Shown here piece after piece: positions 42,386 to 50,200 of a stretch of 64,000 bases of DNA. Position 1 is the stretch's first letter, and every line of letters begins with the position of its first letter. This stretch comes from an uncultured Pseudomonadota bacterium (GTDB lineage Bacteria; Vulcanimicrobiota; Vulcanimicrobiia; Eremiobacterales; Eremiobacteraceae): the NCBI GenBank assembly GCA_963736005.1, contig CAVTNB010000001.1:1536001-1600000 (forward strand), written 5' to 3'. A program made the translations under genes and the position numbers. The notes beneath the pieces were generated by a model that was not told the origin of the DNA, searched no databases, and saw only the letters and a list, made by a program, of their open reading frames with translations.

Positions 42386-42835
42386 TTACTTGGAAAAGAC
42401 CAGCTTGAGAGTGCCGTCGGTATCCTCGCTCACCGTGAGGTGAACGAGCCCGTGATCCATGACCATCTGCGTTGTTTGCGAGTGACCACACCCGACGCCG
42501 AAAGCAGTGGGCCGAGGAGCGTCGTGATTCATGACTCGAGTATATTCGTAAATCGTCGCGGTCCCATTCACCCTTACAAAATCAATCTGGTAAGGCTGGC
42601 AGTAGGCTGCTCCTTCTGAATAAATGGAGAGCACGTCGCCGTTGGCATACTTGATGGTTGCGCACAGATCCGTGTCACCACAATGATCGAATGAAGTTGC
42701 GACCGCCCCATCACTGAAAGTCATGCTTGAGGCTGCGCTCTCGTCGGCAAGCACAGCGGACGAGCTGAAAATGAAAAGAGCCACAAGCGTGGTAAGGAAT
42801 AATCGATTCGGATTCACGTGTTGAAACCTCCTCAA
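42386..42835 (-). CDS. Secreted hypothetical protein (Cys-containing)
   Basis: Signal peptide ending AVLA; co-oriented with the LamG gene; start uncertain. Confidence 0.6.
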   Translation of the reverse strand: MRRFQHVNPNRLFLTTLVALFIFSSSAVLADESAASSMTFSDGAVATSFDHCGDTDLCATIKYANGDVLSIYSEGAAYCQPYQIDFVRVNGTATIYEYTRVMNHDAPRPTAFGVGCGHSQTTQMVMDHGLVHLTVSEDTDGTLKLVFSK

Positions 42836-42883
42836 ATTAACGAAGCCCAGACAAATGTATCCAGCCTCATAGTAACCGTTCGG

Positions 42884-43276
42884 CTAGGGCACTGGAAATG
42901 CTTGCGCGAGCGTGATCCTGAGATTTTCGAGATCGTCACCGGTAATAGTGCTCCAGATTATCTCGGGGTCGACCCGCCCATACTCATGTCGGAGAATATT
43001 GCCGATCCCTCGTATTTCCGACCAGGGGACCGCTGGGAAGCGTGTCGCCAGACGATGCTTGGGCGCAACGTTTTGTGCACTTTCAAGCTCAGCGATCTTG
43101 ATGCAGGCTTCTGAAATCGTTAGCAATTCTCGTTCGACCGCGCTCTGCGTCTTTTGATCGGTGATAAATTGTTCTTGATTTAGCCCGGCGACATATTCAT
43201 GAACGCGTGCAATTGCGGCGCGGATATCGGCCGCGCGCGTTGCGATGCTCTTTCCCGACCATTTGTTAGAAGGCAC
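42884..43276 (-). CDS. HEPN (DUF86/HepT-like) RNase toxin
   Basis: AVERELLTISEA, PWSEIRGIGNILRHEY..VD..IIW; GTG start with GGAGG. Confidence 0.85.
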   Translation of the reverse strand: MPSNKWSGKSIATRAADIRAAIARVHEYVAGLNQEQFITDQKTQSAVERELLTISEACIKIAELESAQNVAPKHRLATRFPAVPWSEIRGIGNILRHEYGRVDPEIIWSTITGDDLENLRITLAQAFPVP

Positions 43277-43808
43277 TGACTGCCTCCAACTCGGCCGCCT
43301 CTGCAAAACGTAAGTGCCGAACGGTACGATCCGTAACGACATCTACCTGGCGATCAAGGGCATCCGTGAGAATTCGCCGCGTTGCTTCGAGATCGAAAAG
43401 AGTGAACCGCGCGCTTTGCGCCGGCTCGATGATGACATCGATGTCGCTTTTGGGTCCCGCGTCGCCACGAGCAACTGAACCGAAAACCCGAACGTGCGCC
43501 ACGCCTCGTTCGGTTAATGCCTGTCGACACTGCCGAATCTGTTTAATCACCAAAGCAAGATCGGGCGCTGATCCCATTCGTCGAGTTGCGTGCGCGTGGC
43601 CGCTGATAAAGTTGGGGGCAACCCCGAGGGCATCAGCAATACGCATGGCAGTGGTAAATCGAGGCTCTTTGGAATCTCCCGACTCGAGCTTTCTGATAGC
43701 GTTCTCGGTAACACCCGTTTTGCGCGCAAGCTCGGCCGCTGTGAGGCCCTTGGCCCGTCGGGTGGTCTTAATCCGCCGACCCATCGCGGTTCGTGTAGTA
43801 TGCTCCAT
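43266..43808 (-). CDS. Xre-HTH fused to MNT nucleotidyltransferase antitoxin
   Basis: N-terminal HTH; FGSVARGD..SDID; VDVVT. Confidence 0.88.
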   Translation of the reverse strand: MEHTTRTAMGRRIKTTRRAKGLTAAELARKTGVTENAIRKLESGDSKEPRFTTAMRIADALGVAPNFISGHAHATRRMGSAPDLALVIKQIRQCRQALTERGVAHVRVFGSVARGDAGPKSDIDVIIEPAQSARFTLFDLEATRRILTDALDRQVDVVTDRTVRHLRFAEAAELEAVSAF

Positions 43809-43962
43809 GTAGCATAGTATACCTTAGCTTGGAATCTTGGACAAGGAGAAATTAGCCAAGCCCCTATCAGTCAAAGGCTTAGACCATTTGAGCCTGCCTA
43901 TCGGGCAGGCGTCGAATGCCAGTCGCCCCAAACCTGAGCCCCAAGCAATGGGAGGTAACTTC

Positions 43963-44514
43963 ATGACTCAAGAGACCTTAAGCACCGCTGCCGCCATCGG
44001 CACCTTCATCGTCATCGCCGCGACTGCCCTCGCAGCCGTCGTGCAACTGCGCCACTTGCGGGCACAGAATCAGCTTACTGGCTTGCTCACGGTATTGGCG
44101 CGAGTGGAGGATCCGCAATTCAACGAGTGGGTGGATGCGGCGAGAGAAGTGATAAAAACACGCATGCCCGACCCCGCCTACCGGCGCGCGATCAGTGATG
44201 GGACTTTCGACCGCAAAGAAAACCCTTGGTTAAACCTTGCGAACTCGTACGACTGGGTTGGCAGCCTCGTCAAGCACAAGCTCATACCCGAGGAGTCGTT
44301 GCTAGATGTTTACTCCTTTAGGGTCACTCAAGCGTGGGATATCATCGAGGGTATAGTACCCTTGGTGCGCGGGCGTGCGGGTGCTGCCGTCTGGGAGAAT
44401 TTTGAATACCTCGTCGTTCGAGCGCGCCAGTGGAACGCGCAACATCCGCTGGGTACCTACCCCAAAGGCGTGCCAAGATGCAAGATTGATATCACGTGGC
44501 CCGAAGTCGCATAG
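43963..44514 (+). CDS. Hypothetical protein (DUF4760-like), paralog of 757-1383
   Basis: GGAGG RBS; TF.VI..TA.AA.VQLRH.R..NQLTGLL..ENFEYL..HP.G.YP. Confidence 0.75.
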   Translation: MTQETLSTAAAIGTFIVIAATALAAVVQLRHLRAQNQLTGLLTVLARVEDPQFNEWVDAAREVIKTRMPDPAYRRAISDGTFDRKENPWLNLANSYDWVGSLVKHKLIPEESLLDVYSFRVTQAWDIIEGIVPLVRGRAGAAVWENFEYLVVRARQWNAQHPLGTYPKGVPRCKIDITWPEVA

Positions 44515-44550
44515 ACACACATTCACTGGATCCTCTGACGAGGCGTCATC

Positions 44551-47349
44551 TCAACTAGTGAGCGACTCGGCCTGTGCACCCAAAGGTCGACCAGCAGCGA
44601 GGGTAGCGGCGATCTCCACGCGCGAACGCAGTCCGCACTTGCCCAAAATATTTCCAACGTGGTATTCCACCGTGCGGCTGCTGATATGCAAGATCTCGCC
44701 AATCTCCGCGTTGGTCTTACCGCTTGCGATCAAGAATGCAACCGAGGCCTCGCGCGATGAAAGCGCACCATGGGCCTCACGCTTGCGCCCCGGCCGAAGT
44801 CCATGGGCGCGCGCAAGTGCACGCGCTCGATCCGCGGCAAACTCAGCCCCCATGGCATCAAAGGTTTCGATGGCGTCTAAGAACAGCTGGCGCTCGCCCG
44901 TTGCCTGCGCCACGATCAACTCCAGATGCGCGCGCCAAAATGGATATTCGCAATCGCGAGCAGCTTGCAAAAGCTGGTCTGCACCGCGAGAATCTCCGCG
45001 CGAGAGTGCCAAACACCCCTCTGCTTCGAGCAACGAGCGTTGCGCTATCGGCCAACCGCGAGTCGCGACAGTACGAAGATGTTCAAGGGCTGATTCGGAT
45101 GCCTCGAATTCGCCGAGTTGCGCGGCGAGTCGAACGATGCCGGCCAGCGCGCGGACGTGGTAGACTTCGCAAAAATCAGAAGGTGCAAGACCCGAGATCA
45201 CCTCGGTATATCGAGTCAGCGCTTCCCCATAGTGCCCGTGAAGCTCGGCCGAGAAACCAGCGCTAAAGGCGACCGCCTGTCGCGCAGTTGTGGAGAGGTC
45301 AAGCAGTCGCCCGTCATCGAGCACGCGCCTGGCGGACTCGAAATCACCGAGCATTGCATACAATTGGATCTGGAGACAGAGTAAACGAGAACGCAAAGTC
45401 AGCTTGTTCGCGGCGATCGAGGATTCCGCCGTGAGTGCTAATCCCAGTGCTTCTCGCAGATCGCCGCGATCGATTGCCACACTTGCGAGGTTTGAACGCA
45501 AGGCCGCCTCGATCGCCTTTGACTTGGGACCGCTCGCGTCCAGGCCGACTCGACACCAATGTTCGTATCGTTCCTTGTCGCCGGCCATATGGCTAACATA
45601 GCAGAGGATTGAGCAACAGCGCGCGAGCTCGTCAGAGAGATGCCATGCGGTCGCCCGGCGCGCGGCGGCCTCAAGGCTCTCCAGGCTCTCATGGACTTTG
45701 CCAGTGCGAGCGACGACAACACCGAGCCAACCTATCAGACGTATGAGAGATCGACGGTCCTGAGGCTCGTGGCAAAGAGCAACGCCTTGCTCCAAGATTT
45801 GCTTCGCGGTATCGAGATTGCCGCGTCGCTCTTCGATTGAACCCAGCAGGTAGTGGAGTCTTGGAAGAAGATCGGGTGCGACCGCGCGAGCCTCGCCTAT
45901 GGCTTCTTGAGCGAGCGGCAAGGCCACAGCATCATCGTCGGTCGCGTCCCAGATCGTTTCAGCATACAGCGTTCGAACTCTCGCTCGCACGCTTGGGGAT
46001 AAACGAAGAGCAAGCGTTTCAAATGGGGTGATTGTCGCCTTTGACTCGGAGGAGCGCCCCAGCGCGAGCAGCGCGGTAGCTTTTCCGGCGCTCGCTTCGA
46101 CTTCGATCTGGCTGCCCAATTCGCTGCGCTCGAAGGCGCTCTCAAAGGCCTGTAGTGCCTCGAGGGGCGCATGTCGTTCGAGGCTCTCCCAACCTATCTT
46201 GTTAAAGAGACTGGCCGCGTCGAAAAATCGGCATGCGCCGTCGAGATGCGCTGCGCGCTTCCAATCATTTTTGCAGCGGTCGGCAAGAACAGCATGCATC
46301 TCAATGCGTTCTTGCTCGTTGAGCATGGAGTAACACGCTTCGCGCAACAGATCATGACGGAACTGATAGCGTCCATCGATCTCCTCAAGGATTGCCTCAT
46401 TCACTAGTTCTGCTGTTGCGTGGGTGATTCGTCCAGGCGAACGCCGAGCGAGAATACTCAGATCCGTATTCGAGAGCGCATCGATATTGACCGAAAGCCA
46501 ACTCGCGACGGCGAATGCCTCGCGAGAAAGAGCAGTGATCCGCTGTCGGAGCACTTGACCCAGATCGCTCGAAGCTGAACCGTTTCCCAACATGGGCGCA
46601 ACGACAAGGAGCTCGGCATAGAGCGGGTTGCCGCCGGTGCGTCTGCACAATTCAGCAATTTCTAGATCGCCAAAATCAGCCTCAGGTCGCAGTCGGGTCA
46701 CGAGCAGCCTGAGGTCGTCCGATGAAAGACCTCCGAGATTGATGACGCGGCCAAGTTCAGCGCGCTCCAAGGCAGACGCAAGGTCGATGACGGACGGATT
46801 GCTGCGTCGTGCCGCGAGCTGCCAGTGAATGGGGAGATCGCACAAACGTGTCGCGCAGTAACGGATCGCCTCAAGAGTCTTTTCGTCTGCTAGGTGAACG
46901 TCGTCGATTTGGATGGTCAGTGGGGCCTCTGCCGCCGCAACTCCCAACGCGTCGCGAAAATACAAAAGCCAGTCGGACTCTGATGATCCAAGCAGCGCCT
47001 CAAGCTGTGTCCTAGGCACACGGGCCGCGCGGTGCAGCAAGTGCAAGAGTGCGATAAGCGGATCGAAGGAGATGGGTGTACTGGTGGGCACGCAGGCGAT
47101 GTTATAAGTATCAGCGAGCCCGCGACGGCGACCTTCAGCGAGCAGCCGGGTCTTGCCGATCCCGGGTTCCCCAAAGATGACGGTACAACTGCGCTCGGTC
47201 TCTGCGAGCGCCGCGAGCACGGCGTCCCGCCCGACCAAAGCGGCGGACGATATCCACGCGCCGCGCTTAGGACTGGGGATTCCACTAGTGAGTACGCGGG
47301 CATCCTCGCTTACCCTAGGATTTAGGCCGGTCTTAACCCCGTCTCTCAT
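44551..47349 (-). CDS. AAA-ATPase/TPR/LuxR-HTH transcriptional regulator (MalT/LAL-like)
   Basis: LVGRD, GEPGIGKT, IDDVH, GGNPL, FRHDL, C-terminal LSSRE..G.TN.EI..RTVEYH. Confidence 0.88.
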   Translation of the reverse strand: MRDGVKTGLNPRVSEDARVLTSGIPSPKRGAWISSAALVGRDAVLAALAETERSCTVIFGEPGIGKTRLLAEGRRRGLADTYNIACVPTSTPISFDPLIALLHLLHRAARVPRTQLEALLGSSESDWLLYFRDALGVAAAEAPLTIQIDDVHLADEKTLEAIRYCATRLCDLPIHWQLAARRSNPSVIDLASALERAELGRVINLGGLSSDDLRLLVTRLRPEADFGDLEIAELCRRTGGNPLYAELLVVAPMLGNGSASSDLGQVLRQRITALSREAFAVASWLSVNIDALSNTDLSILARRSPGRITHATAELVNEAILEEIDGRYQFRHDLLREACYSMLNEQERIEMHAVLADRCKNDWKRAAHLDGACRFFDAASLFNKIGWESLERHAPLEALQAFESAFERSELGSQIEVEASAGKATALLALGRSSESKATITPFETLALRLSPSVRARVRTLYAETIWDATDDDAVALPLAQEAIGEARAVAPDLLPRLHYLLGSIEERRGNLDTAKQILEQGVALCHEPQDRRSLIRLIGWLGVVVARTGKVHESLESLEAAARRATAWHLSDELARCCSILCYVSHMAGDKERYEHWCRVGLDASGPKSKAIEAALRSNLASVAIDRGDLREALGLALTAESSIAANKLTLRSRLLCLQIQLYAMLGDFESARRVLDDGRLLDLSTTARQAVAFSAGFSAELHGHYGEALTRYTEVISGLAPSDFCEVYHVRALAGIVRLAAQLGEFEASESALEHLRTVATRGWPIAQRSLLEAEGCLALSRGDSRGADQLLQAARDCEYPFWRAHLELIVAQATGERQLFLDAIETFDAMGAEFAADRARALARAHGLRPGRKREAHGALSSREASVAFLIASGKTNAEIGEILHISSRTVEYHVGNILGKCGLRSRVEIAATLAAGRPLGAQAESLTS

Positions 47350-47367
47350 AAGAAGTGAGGTCTAAGG

Positions 47368-47526
47368 ATGCTTAACGCACGTCGCTTGCTCATGCCCATC
47401 ATCGCCATTGCCCTGCTCTCGCTGACGGCTTGTAGCGCGGGTGGCTCAATGTTTGCCCAGCCGCAAAGTCATTCCCAAGGCGTTTCACGCACCGCTCAGG
47501 ACGATACGCCGCAAAACCCAAAGTAG
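47368..47526 (+). CDS. 52-aa small lipoprotein / peptide precursor (not in ORF track)
   Basis: MLNARRLLMPIIAIALLSLTACSAGGSMFAQPQSHSQGVSRTAQDDTPQNPK*; GAGG RBS; LTAC lipobox. Confidence 0.7.
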   Translation: MLNARRLLMPIIAIALLSLTACSAGGSMFAQPQSHSQGVSRTAQDDTPQNPK

Positions 47527-47626
47527 CAGTAACCACGACCTTTTTGCGAGACGCGTACTTGGACCTGTAGGCGCGTGAGTTTGACATGCCTAGCCCGCGC
47601 CATCCGCTATGGAGGGAGCCTTCCGC

Positions 47627-47944
47627 ATGAAGCTGATGCCTGAAAATCTCCACACGAATCTCGACGCGATAAGCCAAAATCTTTATGGAGTTCCGCTCGC
47701 CGTTATGCAAACAGCTGAGGTTTTGGGCGTCGGTCTGTTTGACGCGTGGAAGATTGTGCTCGAAGGCAAGGGGACGATATGGCATCCCAGCCCCATCAAC
47801 GACCCAGGCATGTCGGATTTCGCAGCTGGGTGCGCGATCTTTGCCGCTGCGACGCAGATCCGTGCCGGTGAGCTGCATAGTCTAGCCCTGAATCTTAGCG
47901 ATGCCCTCGTTGGTCGCGCAGTCTTAGCCGGTATTGAAAGGTAG
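47627..47944 (+). CDS. Hypothetical protein
   Basis: GGAGG/GGAG RBS before ATG 47627; TTGACA at 47581. Confidence 0.5.
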   Translation: MKLMPENLHTNLDAISQNLYGVPLAVMQTAEVLGVGLFDAWKIVLEGKGTIWHPSPINDPGMSDFAAGCAIFAAATQIRAGELHSLALNLSDALVGRAVLAGIER

Positions 47945-47968
47945 AATCGTCCAAGACCCGCTCAATTG

Positions 47969-48352
47969 TTAGTAGCCTGAAACAAGATCGAGGCCAGCAG
48001 CTTCAACGAAAGCTCGGAAGTCGCGATCTCGCGTGAGAAGAGGAACACCTCCATCAAGACAGCTCTGGGCGATCAGTGCATCGCCCAGGCGAGCCTTCCG
48101 TCGAGTAGCCAGTACTTTTGCCCGCAATTCCCCCGCTCGTCGCCAATACCCAGACTCGACGTCGATCATCGGCACGTCAGACAGCGTTTCGACGACCGCG
48201 GTGGGTAGTTCGGCATCGCTCAAAAGCTCTGTGAGCACGACAGGCACCATGAGTACTTGACGATCCGCCAGTGCCCGGTCGAGCATCTCCACATCCTCGC
48301 CTCGGCCGCCTCGAAGGAAAGCAACCCACGTGCTTGTGTCGGCCGCGATCAA
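47969..48352 (-). CDS. vapC: PIN-domain (VapC) toxin
   Basis: ADTSTW, VLTELL, DALIAQ, LLTRDRDF. Confidence 0.9.
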   Translation of the reverse strand: MIAADTSTWVAFLRGGRGEDVEMLDRALADRQVLMVPVVLTELLSDAELPTAVVETLSDVPMIDVESGYWRRAGELRAKVLATRRKARLGDALIAQSCLDGGVPLLTRDRDFRAFVEAAGLDLVSGY

Positions 48353-48552
48353 CGGTCAGCCTTTAGCTGTGTCAAGGTACGCTTGAAGCGAACCTTGCCT
48401 CGCAACTGCCGTAGGCGAGCGTAGGTTCGCGATGCAGCCACGAGCTGCAACCCCGTGCAGACTGTCCTCGTGATGCCGACACCGCTGGCCTGTTGGGCCT
48501 TTTCAAGAAGCTGTTGTGGAACGTATACGGTGATCTTTTGTTGCTCGTCCAT
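48349..48552 (-). CDS. VapB-like antitoxin
   Basis: Small RHH-like ORF overlapping the PIN start (ATGA-type overlap); AGGAG RBS. Confidence 0.8.
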   Translation of the reverse strand: MDEQQKITVYVPQQLLEKAQQASGVGITRTVCTGLQLVAASRTYARLRQLRGKVRFKRTLTQLKADR

Positions 48553-48762
48553 TGGATCTCCTAGTATACCATACTTAATGCCAGCATGGAATATGGTACG
48601 TTAAAAACAAGTCACGTGCAAAGCCGACAAAAGAACCCACCACGCGCAATTAGCCCTGTTCGGATGGCTCTGTCCATGCCCGCTGCCTCATTTGGAAAGC
48701 GATATCTTAAGACTCGTAATCCTACGGGGTAATATTTTGCGCTTCCGCACTATACTGAGGTT

Positions 48763-48889
48763 GGCGGAGCAGCCGCAGATGCCGGAAATCACGTTTTCGT
48801 CACGCGGAGGTTCCGTCTGCCGGTGGGCCGCGGCTCGAGGGCAGGCATTTGAGTTCCTACATCGTGCGCCTGCGTCGCTGGCAGGCGCA
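48763..48889 (+). ncRNA. Candidate structured ncRNA, copy 1
   Basis: Follows TATACT; long hairpin with AUCACG apex and a GCGCCUGC hairpin; diverged copy at 53586-53723 keeps the pairing. Confidence 0.45.
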
Positions 48890-48949
48890 GATTAGGTTTC
48901 GATTGTTTTTAACACGGTCCGAAGATACACTCTAAAGCTTAGACCGGTC

Positions 48950-48973
48950 GAGCACTCAAGTGCTCCGTTTTTT
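48950..48973 (+). terminator. Intrinsic terminator
   Basis: GAGCAC-TCAA-GTGCTC followed by CGTTTTTT. Confidence 0.55.
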
Positions 48974-49045
48974 CTGTACAACGTATAACGCAATCAATGA
49001 CACTTGCGAACAAAATAGAGCACGTTGTCGCTAGCCGCCCCCAGT

Positions 49046-49348
49046 TTAACTGGCGATAGCGCGAATTTGCCTTGTCCTATTCGCTATTTTATCGCGCGTA
49101 ACGCGGACATCGTAACTCGCCTGCAGCCCAAGCCAGAACGCGGGCGTCGTCCCCGCAAAAAACGCCGATAACCGAAGTGCCGTATCCGCTGTAATTCCAC
49201 GTCGACCTCGGATGATGTCGTTGATGCGTGGCGCATCGGTATGTAGTGCAATGGCCAACTTGCGAGCGTTCAAACCATTTGGGACCATGTACTCTTCGTA
49301 CAGAATTTCACCGGGATGGATGGCCGCCAATTTTCGCTTTTTGCTCAT
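49046..49348 (-). CDS. higA: HigA antitoxin
   Basis: HPGEIL.EE..RIN.II.G.RGITADTALRL..FWLGLQ..YD. Confidence 0.92.
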   Translation of the reverse strand: MSKKRKLAAIHPGEILYEEYMVPNGLNARKLAIALHTDAPRINDIIRGRRGITADTALRLSAFFAGTTPAFWLGLQASYDVRVTRDKIANRTRQIRAIAS

Positions 49349-49363
49349 GCCTCTTTGATTTCC

Positions 49364-49639
49364 TTAGTGGTAGTCGGTAATTTCAACTTGATATGCGTCA
49401 GGTGCATCCCACAGGAAGCAAATGCGCCATTGGGCATTGATGCGAATGCTGAACTGTCCTGCGCGATCTCCCTTGAGCTTTTCGACTCTGCTGCCTGAGG
49501 TGTTAAATTCCTGAAGCGTTGTCGCCTGATTGAGCATTTCAAGCTTTCGGCGTGCCGAGCGTTCGATAGACTGGAATTTGCGAACGGGTTCTTGATTCCA
49601 GAGCGCCTCGGTCTCTGAGTCACGAAACCTTCGGATCAC
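49364..49639 (-). CDS. higB: HigB (RelE-like) toxin
   Basis: IRRFRD.ET, E.LKGDRAGQFSIRIN.QWRICF.W..VEITDYH. Confidence 0.92.
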   Translation of the reverse strand: MIRRFRDSETEALWNQEPVRKFQSIERSARRKLEMLNQATTLQEFNTSGSRVEKLKGDRAGQFSIRINAQWRICFLWDAPDAYQVEITDYH

Positions 49640-49751
49640 GCCCTATCGTAGCATATATAACATATAATGTAAAGCGTTATATAGATTGGGATTTAAAGCA
49701 TCGCGTAAAGTACCTAAATGCGTGGCAGTCAACCGTCGAAAGCCAAGTAAA

Positions 49752-50096
49752 TCATCCAGACTCTTTGAACTTCGACGGAAGCCCGAATGTTCCGTCGACG
49801 ACTTCAGCGAAGGTCCGTTCCTCACGAAAGATGAGCCGCTTGTTCTGAGCCATGGTGAAATTATCGCGGGCCTCCGGATCAGCCTTCAGTCGCTGCCGGT
49901 AGCGTTCGTAGGACGCGAGACTATCAAAGGCAATCAACCCCCAAGCTATGTCGTTCGTTCCCTCGTGAGGAAGAAAATAGCCGACCAGATGGCCGCCGCA
50001 GCGAGGAATAATGCGGCCCCAGTTTTCGGCGTACTTCTTGAACTCGTCGCGCTGAAACGGATCGATCTGATAGCGGATGAAGCACGTAATCGTCAC
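49752..50096 (-). CDS. NIPSNAP-family protein
   Basis: [32 protein letters not shown] start with AGGAG. Confidence 0.85.
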   Translation of the reverse strand: MTITCFIRYQIDPFQRDEFKKYAENWGRIIPRCGGHLVGYFLPHEGTNDIAWGLIAFDSLASYERYRQRLKADPEARDNFTMAQNKRLIFREERTFAEVVDGTFGLPSKFKESG

Positions 50097-50200
50097 AAGC
50101 GTGTTCTCCTTGCGGGCGAGAGCCTTTGATTGCCCATCCATGGATTCAAGACGTGTCTGGCCAGGTCCGGTCGCGGGTCCGACCGAACTCGTAGGCTACA

